Shown: piece after piece, positions 16,182 through 22,191 of the stretch
Layout: each line of letters begins with the position of its first letter
Position numbering within the stretch: position 1 is the stretch's first letter
Assembly (NCBI GenBank): GCA_031409655.1
Contig: JANNXQ010000089.1
Span: 1 to 22,191, forward strand
Direction of reading: 5' to 3'
DNA length: 22,191 nucleotides
Source of the DNA: Chthoniobacteraceae bacterium
GTDB lineage: Bacteria > Verrucomicrobiota > Verrucomicrobiia > Chthoniobacterales > Chthoniobacteraceae
Notes under the pieces: generated by a model
Databases searched by the model: none
Told to the model about the DNA's origin: nothing
Seen by the model: the letters and a program-made list of their open reading frames with translations, nothing else
Made by a program: the position numbers and the translations under genes

Positions 16182-17191
16182 GGACGCTTTCGCGAGCGCA
16201 AAAGTTTTGCCGCCACGTCGTCGTGTTGCTGCTCGGTTGCGCGGCGGCTTTGCCCGCGGCGCCGATCAGCATCGAGCCCGTCGCCAGTCAGGACGGCTTC
16301 ACGCTGGACGGCCCGCTCACGGACCTCAGCGGACTGACTTGGGCCGGCGGCGATTCGTTTTTCGCGGTCTCGGATAAACAAGCTGCGCTGCTCCCCGTAA
16401 CGCTGCGCATCAACCCGGCGACGGGCGCGATCAGGAGCGGTGAATTTGGCGCGCCTATTCCCGTGCCGACGAAGCGCCTCGATTTTGAAGGCGTCGCCCT
16501 CGTGTCGGCCACGGGGCGCTTTTTCATCGCCACGGAATCCGCGCCGGGCGCGATCAGCTTCCGGCCCGGCGACGCCGCGGCGAAGACGCTGTCGCTGCCC
16601 GCCGTTTTCTCCAAAGCGCGGCGTGGGCTGACGATGGAGTCGATGACCTGGGACAGCACCGTGCGGCAGTTTTGGACGGCGAATGAAGAGGCGCTCGCCG
16701 TGGACGGCCCGGTGAGCGATCCGAATGGCGGCAGCGTCGTCCGCCTGCTCAAGCTCGACGCGGACTTCCGCCCCCTCGCGCAATTTGCCTGGCAAACGGA
16801 ATCCGCCGCGATGCGCTACGGCCCCGGCAATGGCATCGCGGATCTGCTCCTGCTGCCCAATGGAACGCTGCTCGTGCTGGAGCGCGGCTTCAGCCGCTTC
16901 GGACTCCGCGCCCGCATCTACGTGGCCGAGACCGCCGGCGCGACGGATGTCTCCAAGCTCGCGTCCCTGACCGCGGCGGAATTCACCCCGGCGCGGAAGA
17001 CGGCGATCTACGACGAGGCCACCGGCTTTCTAAATTTCGAGGGACTCGTCCTTGGCCCCGCGCTCCAGGATGGGTCGCGCAGTCTCATCCTCATCGCCGA
17101 CAGCCATGGCGGCACGCGGCACCTTTTCCTGCCGCTGAAGATCCGCTTTTCCGCCGCGGAGAAAGTCCGCGCGACGAAACCCCAGCGCTGA
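16178..17191 (+). CDS. Secreted 'esterase-like activity of phytase' family beta-propeller (start CTG 16178 or GTG 16223)
   Basis: Signal peptide ending ALPA-A; DLSGLTW, FAVSD, DFEGVA, MESMTW, LLVLERGF, NFEGLVLGP, LILIADS. Confidence 0.85.
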   Translation: MRTLSRAQKFCRHVVVLLLGCAAALPAAPISIEPVASQDGFTLDGPLTDLSGLTWAGGDSFFAVSDKQAALLPVTLRINPATGAIRSGEFGAPIPVPTKRLDFEGVALVSATGRFFIATESAPGAISFRPGDAAAKTLSLPAVFSKARRGLTMESMTWDSTVRQFWTANEEALAVDGPVSDPNGGSVVRLLKLDADFRPLAQFAWQTESAAMRYGPGNGIADLLLLPNGTLLVLERGFSRFGLRARIYVAETAGATDVSKLASLTAAEFTPARKTAIYDEATGFLNFEGLVLGPALQDGSRSLILIADSHGGTRHLFLPLKIRFSAAEKVRATKPQR

Positions 17192-17283
17192 CTTCACGCC
17201 GCAGTTTTCTGCCCGCAAAAAAAGGGACGCGCCTCCGCGCTTGCCGACGTGCATCTTCTGCGACGATCTTCCTCCCCCAGCCC

Positions 17284-18336
17284 ATGACTCGCGTTTCCGA
17301 CGTTCACGTAATCGCCAACACGCCCCTGCCTGCCCCGCAGGCGTTGAGTGCTGAGATCCCCCGCCTCGAAGACCATGCCGGTTTCGTTGCCAGTAGTCGC
17401 GCCGAGATCGCCAGCATTCTCTCGGGCGAAGATGCGCGGTTTTTGCTCATCGTCGGCCCGTGCTCCATCCACGATCTCGCGGGCGGGCGCGACTACGCCG
17501 CGAAGCTCAGCGCGCTGGCCCGGGAGGTGCGCGATCGCGTGCTCGTGGTGATGCGCGTCTATTTTGAAAAGCCGCGCACCACGGTCGGCTGGAAGGGGCT
17601 GATCATGGACCCGCATCTCGATGGCACGAACGACATCCCCGCCGGTCTGCGTCTCGCCCGCACCTTCCTCCGCGACGTCCTCGATCTCGGCCTGCCGACC
17701 GCGACGGAGATGCTCGACCCGATCACCCCGCAATACATTGCCGACCTGACTTGCTGGAGTGCCATCGGCGCCCGCACCACGGAGAGCCAGACGCATCGCC
17801 AGATGGCTAGCGGTCTTTCGATGCCCGTGGGTTTCAAGAACACCACGAGCGGCGCGGTCATCCCCGCCATCAATGCGATCAAGGCCGCGATGCAGCCCCA
17901 GACCTTCCTCGGCATCGACGAGCAAGGACGCGCCAGCGTCGTCGCCACCGAGGGGAATCCCGATTGCCACGTGATCCTGCGCGGTGGCGAGGACGGTCCG
18001 AATCACGACCGCGCTTCCGTCGCGGAGACGATCGCCGCCTTGGAAAAGAACAGCCTGCCGAAGACCGTGATGATCGACGCGAGCCACGCGAACTGCGGGA
18101 AGGATTGCCGGAGAATGCCGGCGACCTATCGCGAGATCCTGGCGCTGCGTTTCGGGGAGGGCGGCACCCGCGGCCTGATCGGCGCGATGCTCGAGAGCAA
18201 TCTCATCGCCGGCGCCCAGGCGCTCCCCGACGACCGCTCCGCCCTGGTCTATGGCCAATCGATCACCGACCAGTGCATCGACTGGGAGACGACGGAAGAA
18301 CTCGTCCGCGAGACCGCGGAACGCTGCGGACTTTAA
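17284..18336 (+). CDS. aroF: 3-deoxy-7-phosphoheptulonate (DAHP) synthase, class I-alpha (AroF/G/H type)
   Basis: VGPCSIHD, MRVYFEKPRTTVGWKG, IGARTTESQTHR, PVGFKN, HVILRGG, DASHAN, YGQSITDQC. The feedback isoform cannot be assigned from sequence. Confidence 0.96.
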   Translation: MTRVSDVHVIANTPLPAPQALSAEIPRLEDHAGFVASSRAEIASILSGEDARFLLIVGPCSIHDLAGGRDYAAKLSALAREVRDRVLVVMRVYFEKPRTTVGWKGLIMDPHLDGTNDIPAGLRLARTFLRDVLDLGLPTATEMLDPITPQYIADLTCWSAIGARTTESQTHRQMASGLSMPVGFKNTTSGAVIPAINAIKAAMQPQTFLGIDEQGRASVVATEGNPDCHVILRGGEDGPNHDRASVAETIAALEKNSLPKTVMIDASHANCGKDCRRMPATYREILALRFGEGGTRGLIGAMLESNLIAGAQALPDDRSALVYGQSITDQCIDWETTEELVRETAERCGL

Positions 18337-18914
18337 GCAGCCACCAGCGGCTGCACGTCCGGCACCGCGGTGCCGCGAGCTTGCGCAAATTTCACCTTTG
18401 AGCGCAGGAGCAAGGTGCCGAGGCAGAAGTCCGCGATGGGCAGGACCACGTTGAAGTTTTTGTGCATATAGCGGTGATGCAGCAGGTGGTGACCATTGAG
18501 CCGGAAGAAGATGCCCGACCGCTCGACGTGCCGCTGCTTCGGCAAATGCATGCAAAAGTGGATGTACTCGTAGAAGCAGTAGTAGCCACCGATGGCCAGC
18601 ATCGCACCGGCGAGGATGCCCCACTCACCCATCCACACGGCGATCGGCCACGCGGGCAGCACGGCGATGGCGATGATCACCGGCCCATTCCACCAGGCCA
18701 TCGGGATCGTCCAGAGATCCTTATTGTCGACTAGGTGGTAGGTGTGGTCCGCCTTGAAGGTCTGATGATGGACGATCGCGTGCGTGCGAAAGGGATAACT
18801 GAACGGACCCAGCGGGCGATGCATGACGAAGCGATGCAGCGTCCATTCGTAAAACGAAGCAACAACGAGCCAGGCGAGGAAGGCGATAGCGGTCCAGAAA
18901 CAGAATGATTGCAT
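18333..18914 (-). CDS. Fatty acid hydroxylase/sterol desaturase family membrane di-metal enzyme
   Basis: His boxes HRFVMH, HAIVHH, HFCMH, HHLLHH; NFNV...DFCLGT; TM segments. ATG at 18914. Confidence 0.9.
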   Translation of the reverse strand: MQSFCFWTAIAFLAWLVVASFYEWTLHRFVMHRPLGPFSYPFRTHAIVHHQTFKADHTYHLVDNKDLWTIPMAWWNGPVIIAIAVLPAWPIAVWMGEWGILAGAMLAIGGYYCFYEYIHFCMHLPKQRHVERSGIFFRLNGHHLLHHRYMHKNFNVVLPIADFCLGTLLLRSKVKFAQARGTAVPDVQPLVAA

Positions 18915-18952
18915 GAGGTAAAAAAAACGGCGTGCCAGCGCGATTCGGTCGC

Positions 18953-18973
18953 GTAGCCCGCCGTAAGGGCGGG
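18953..18973 (+). repeat. Solitary GTAG-type REP-like palindrome
   Basis: GTAG-CCCGCC-GTAAG-GGCGGG. Confidence 0.45.
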
Positions 18974-19051
18974 GACCATTGCGCAACTCAGAAGATTCTG
19001 CACTCGAAATCGTAGAACGCCTTGGCTTTCCGGGGAGGACTACGGCTAAGA

Positions 19052-19067
19052 TGGCAACGCGGTTGCG
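19052..19067 (+). promoter_or_regulatory. Putative sigma54 promoter of the HMA gene
   Basis: TGGCAA-CGCGG-TTGCG versus consensus TGGCAC-N5-TTGCW, 43 nt before the ATG at 19111. Confidence 0.6.
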
Positions 19068-19110
19068 TCTCTTCCCGGGAAACCACCGCTCCAATCTCAG
19101 ACTCACCCGC

Positions 19111-19629
19111 ATGAAAAATTCCCTCCTCACCCTCCTCGCTCTCCTCGCCATCGCCACCATCGCTCGCGCGGAATCCACGGTGAAACTCACTGGCGTGCAT
19201 CTTTGCTGCAAGAGCTGCGTGAACGGAGTCACGAAAGCCGTCGGCAAGGTCGAGGGCGCCAAGGCGGCCTGCGATGCGGAATCCGAAACCGTCACCCTCA
19301 CAGCCCCAGACGCGGCGACCGCGCAGAAGGCCGTCGATTCACTGATCGCCGCCGGTTACTTCGGGAAGAGCGGCGATCCGTCGATCCAGTTCAAGGACAC
19401 CAGCGGGGCGAAGGACGTGAAGGTCACCTCACTGACCGTGAATGACGTGCATCTCTGCTGCGGCAAGTGCGTGACGACCGTGAACAAGGCCATCAGCAAG
19501 GTGAGCGGCGTGACCGGCAACACCGCCGAGAAAAACGCGAAGACCTTTGAAGTGACCGGCAATTTCAACGCGAAGGAAGTCTTCCGCGCGCTACAAGACG
19601 TGGGGCTCACCGGCAAGGCGGGCAACTAA
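19111..19629 (+). CDS. Secreted protein with two HMA-like heavy-metal-binding domains
   Basis: Signal MKNSLLTLLALLAIATIARA; repeated motifs GVHLCCKSC and DVHLCCGKC in a ferredoxin-like repeat. Confidence 0.87.
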   Translation: MKNSLLTLLALLAIATIARAESTVKLTGVHLCCKSCVNGVTKAVGKVEGAKAACDAESETVTLTAPDAATAQKAVDSLIAAGYFGKSGDPSIQFKDTSGAKDVKVTSLTVNDVHLCCGKCVTTVNKAISKVSGVTGNTAEKNAKTFEVTGNFNAKEVFRALQDVGLTGKAGN

Positions 19630-19662
19630 ACCCTCTGCCCCGAGCGAGGCGGGCACGACAAC

Positions 19663-19796
19663 CCCTGGGAGCGCCGCCATTCCGTGCGGCATCGTCACCC
19701 CACGCGCAAAGCGCCACCACTTTAGGCGCTCGCGTGGAGGATGGGCGCAGAGCCCGTTTGCGAGGAAGCCGCACGGGGACGGCGGCGCTCCCAGGG
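19663..19796. repeat. Long imperfect inverted repeat (CCCTGGGAGCGCCGCC...GGCGGCGCTCCCAGGG) between convergent genes
   Basis: 16-bp perfect outer stem followed by CCGTGCGGC/GCCGCACGG; internal hairpin CCACGCG...CGCGTGG. Confidence 0.8.
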
Positions 19797-19846
19797 CGGC
19801 GTCCGAGCGTCCGCGGCTGACCAACCCTCCCTCGCGGTGGAAGGCG

Positions 19847-20953
19847 CTAATCGCTCAGCTTCGCGAGGAGTCGGTCGATCTCGACGTGGCGCTCGATGAG
19901 TCCCTGGATCAGGTCGATCTTCTCGGCGTCGCCAGGGAGCGTCTTCACGGTCATCGAGTGAATGCTGCTCGCGACGGAGTAACTATCCAGGGGCGACGTG
20001 ATCGTCGGCACCTCGGAGTGTTGCAGGAGATCGAGCACCGGCTGGCTCGGCATCAGATCGCCGGAGAGCACGAGCCCGGCGATGGTGCCCCCGTCATTCT
20101 CCGTGAGCGTGCTGGAGGAAAGGGCGGCGAGGATCACGTCCTCGCGATCGCCCGGCGTGATGATCAGGGTGCCGGGGCGGAAGTACTCCATGGCGTGGCT
20201 GGAATTCATCGCCCCGATGATGAATTTCTTCACCCGGCGCCGGGATTTGTTCTTCGCGTTGATGAAAGTACCGCGGATCGTTTTCGCCACTTGCCCGAGC
20301 GTGGCATTCGCGAGGATCGGCTCTTCCGGGACGACGCCGAGCAAATCGATGCCAAGGCGCTTGAAACCACGTCGGGCGAATTCGGCGATGTAATCGAGCC
20401 GGGCCGGCAACACTTTGTTCACGATCACCCCGACGAGTTCCACGCCCTCCTGGTCAAAGAGCGCCTTATTGAGCGCCACCTCATCGATCGGCTTGCCGAT
20501 GCCGCCGGTGGTCACGAGCACCACCTTGCTGTGCAGCAGCTTGGCCACCCGGGCGTTGGAAAGATCGAAGACCGACCCGACGCCCGCATGTCCGGTCCCT
20601 TCCACGATCACGAACTCCTTCTCCCAGGCCGCGCGATCGAACGAATTCTGAATGCGCTCGACGAGAAACTCGTTGTTCTGATCCTCGATGTAGCGCCGCG
20701 TAAAATCCGGCTCCACCGCGATCGGGCTCATCGCTTCGAGCGGCGTTTGCACGCGGTAAGTCTCGCCGATGAGCACCGAATCCTCGTCGATCCGCTGCCC
20801 GTCAATCTCCACGAACCGCTGCCCGACCGGCTTGATGTAGCCGATGCGACCGAGGCGTTTTTGCAGGGCCGAGAAGAGCCCGAGCGACGTGGTGGTTTTC
20901 CCGTCGTTCTGCTGAGTCGCGGCGACGAAGACGCGCGGCGTGACCGTGTTCAT
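19847..20953 (-). CDS. Stand-alone BioD-like P-loop plus DRTGG protein (Pta N-terminal region homolog)
   Basis: VFVAATQQNDGKTT, GYIKPVG, VIVEGTGH, GVIVNKV, IITPGDREDV, AGLVLSG. ATG at 20953. Confidence 0.9.
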   Translation of the reverse strand: MNTVTPRVFVAATQQNDGKTTTSLGLFSALQKRLGRIGYIKPVGQRFVEIDGQRIDEDSVLIGETYRVQTPLEAMSPIAVEPDFTRRYIEDQNNEFLVERIQNSFDRAAWEKEFVIVEGTGHAGVGSVFDLSNARVAKLLHSKVVLVTTGGIGKPIDEVALNKALFDQEGVELVGVIVNKVLPARLDYIAEFARRGFKRLGIDLLGVVPEEPILANATLGQVAKTIRGTFINAKNKSRRRVKKFIIGAMNSSHAMEYFRPGTLIITPGDREDVILAALSSSTLTENDGGTIAGLVLSGDLMPSQPVLDLLQHSEVPTITSPLDSYSVASSIHSMTVKTLPGDAEKIDLIQGLIERHVEIDRLLAKLSD

Positions 20954-20963
20954 CGAGCGGTGC

Positions 20964-21061
20964 TGAACGGCGAACGGCGCACATTGAACATTGAATATCG
21001 AACGGCAGCAGAGAGGTGCTTCGTTCGAGGTTCGAGGTCCGAGGTTCGACGTTCGATGTTT
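20964..21061. repeat. Inverted heptamer tandem-repeat hairpin (YGAACNN / NNGTTCG, about 6 units per arm)
   Basis: tgaacgg-cgaacgg-cgcacat-tgaacat-tgaatat-cgaacg (20964-21004) facing cgttcga-ggttcga-ggtccga-ggttcga-cgttcga-tgttt (21022-21061). Confidence 0.88.
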
Positions 21062-21065
21062 CCCT

Positions 21066-22103
21066 TCATGTCCCCTCCACCGGGTACAGCTTCCGATACT
21101 CGATCGCCTGCACTCCGAGGATCGCGGCCACCCCGAGGATGTCATCCTCAGTGGCACCGCGGGAGAGTTCCGCGCAGGGTTTGGTGAGGCCGAGGAGGAT
21201 CTGGCCGTAGGCTTCGGCACCGGCGAGATATTGCACGAGCTTGCCCCCGATGTTCGCGGAGTTGAGGTCGGGGAAAATGAGGACATTGGCGCGGCCGGCG
21301 ACGAGGCTGGAGGGGGCTTTGCGCGAGGCGAGGTCGGGCAGCAGCGCGGTGTCCGCCTGCATTTCCCCATCGATCTCCAGTTCAAAGCCACCGTCGATCG
21401 CCCACTGTCTTGCCAGAGCGGCGGCGGCGGCGACACGCTGCGGTGAAGGGAGCTGCGAGCTGCCTTTCGTCGAGTAACTCAGGAGGGCGACGCGCGGCCG
21501 ATTGCCGGTGAGCTGGCGGCAGACCTTGCCCGTCTCGACGGCGATGGAGGCGAGTTGCTCGACGCTCGGCTCGGGGATGACGGCGCAGTCGCCGAGGAGC
21601 ATCACGCCGCGCTCACCGTAGCGTTTATTGGAAAGGTCGAGCAGCATGCAGCTTGAGACGCTCTGCACGCCGGGCTGCGGTTTGATGAGCTGAATGAGCG
21701 GGCGCAGCGCGCTGCTCGCGGTCTCGCTGGCGCCGGTGACGAGGGCATCGGCCTGGCCATACTGGACCATCATCGCGCCGAAGTAATCCGGGCGAATCAT
21801 CAGCTCCCGGGCCTGCTTCGAGCCGAGGTCGTGGTAGCGCTTCAGCTTTTCCAGGCGCTTGATGAAGATGGGCAGATCCGACGCCGACGCCGGATCGATC
21901 ACCCCGACGTGATCGAGGCTCACACCTTCCGCCGCCGCGACTTTTTCGATCGCGTTCTTGGCGCCGAGGACGACGGGAGCGCCCAGTTTCAACTTCACGA
22001 AACGCGCCGCCGCCCGGAGCACGCGAGGCTCTGTTCCTTCGGGAAAGACGATCCGCTTGGGATGCCGTTTCAGTTTCTGAAAAACGGACTCGATGAAGTT
22101 CAT
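21066..22103 (-). CDS. pta: Phosphate acetyltransferase, short catalytic form
   Basis: RIVFPEG, ALLSYSTKGS, IDGEMQADTA, AGRANVLIFPDLNSANIGGK, ELSRG. ATG at 22103. Confidence 0.93.
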   Translation of the reverse strand: MNFIESVFQKLKRHPKRIVFPEGTEPRVLRAAARFVKLKLGAPVVLGAKNAIEKVAAAEGVSLDHVGVIDPASASDLPIFIKRLEKLKRYHDLGSKQARELMIRPDYFGAMMVQYGQADALVTGASETASSALRPLIQLIKPQPGVQSVSSCMLLDLSNKRYGERGVMLLGDCAVIPEPSVEQLASIAVETGKVCRQLTGNRPRVALLSYSTKGSSQLPSPQRVAAAAALARQWAIDGGFELEIDGEMQADTALLPDLASRKAPSSLVAGRANVLIFPDLNSANIGGKLVQYLAGAEAYGQILLGLTKPCAELSRGATEDDILGVAAILGVQAIEYRKLYPVEGT

Positions 22104-22111
22104 GGCCGCGG

Positions 22112-22140
22112 AGTTTCGAGGGGGGCTGGGCGGGTGTCCA
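22112..22140 (-). promoter_or_regulatory. Putative sigma70 promoter giving a near-leaderless pta mRNA
   Basis: TGGACA-N17-GAAACT, then 8 nt to ATG; no SD sequence. Confidence 0.4.
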
Positions 22141-22191
22141 GTCCGCGATTTGGCGGGGTGGTGGACCGCCGGCTCGTCCACGTAATAGTCC

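Noticed and set aside
18915..18975. Riboswitch/attenuator before the desaturase (hairpins plus T8 on the minus strand)
   Set aside because: No strong stem directly abuts the T-tract and no known aptamer is recognisable; one hairpin is explained as a REP-like element.
19022..19052. MerR/CueR-type promoter (TTGGCT-N19-TAAGAT) for the HMA gene
   Set aside because: The spacing fits, but the required dyad within the spacer is absent; the sigma54 match is better.
20954..21436. N-terminal extension of the DRTGG ORF, or a programmed frameshift fusing Pta to DRTGG
   Set aside because: The frame is open through the repeat, but the translation is low-complexity repeat-derived sequence. No slippery site is evident and a good ATG exists at 20953.

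Overview
GC-rich bacterial chromosomal window. The gene complement and repeat style suggest Verrucomicrobiota/PVC (inference only). Gene order: partial short flagellin (minus strand, missed by the ORF track) with a sigma28 promoter and a CsrA-type leader hairpin; secreted hypothetical protein; Maf; Tat-exported Gfo/Idh/MocA oxidoreductase; a lower-GC small membrane-anchored protein; DUF4412-like protein; gcvH; gcvT; TPR protein coupled to an exosortase-EpsI fusion; REC-DUF4388 regulator; Dus; a Phd-like/MazF-like toxin-antitoxin pair; a tRNA-guanine transglycosylase (TGT) fused to an MnmC/MnmD-type methyltransferase; a second Gfo/Idh/MocA; a phytase-like propeller; DAHP synthase; a fatty acid hydroxylase/desaturase; a secreted double-HMA protein; and a split phosphotransacetylase (Pta plus a separate BioD-like/DRTGG protein). 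Intergenic spaces carry REP-like doublets and three different inverted heptamer-repeat arrays. The best candidate for an undescribed system is the TGT-MnmD fusion, which has altered tRNA-binding residues and may make a methylated preQ1 wobble base. It lies near dus, with an endoribonuclease-type TA module between them. All family calls come from motif recognition by eye; no database searches were run.
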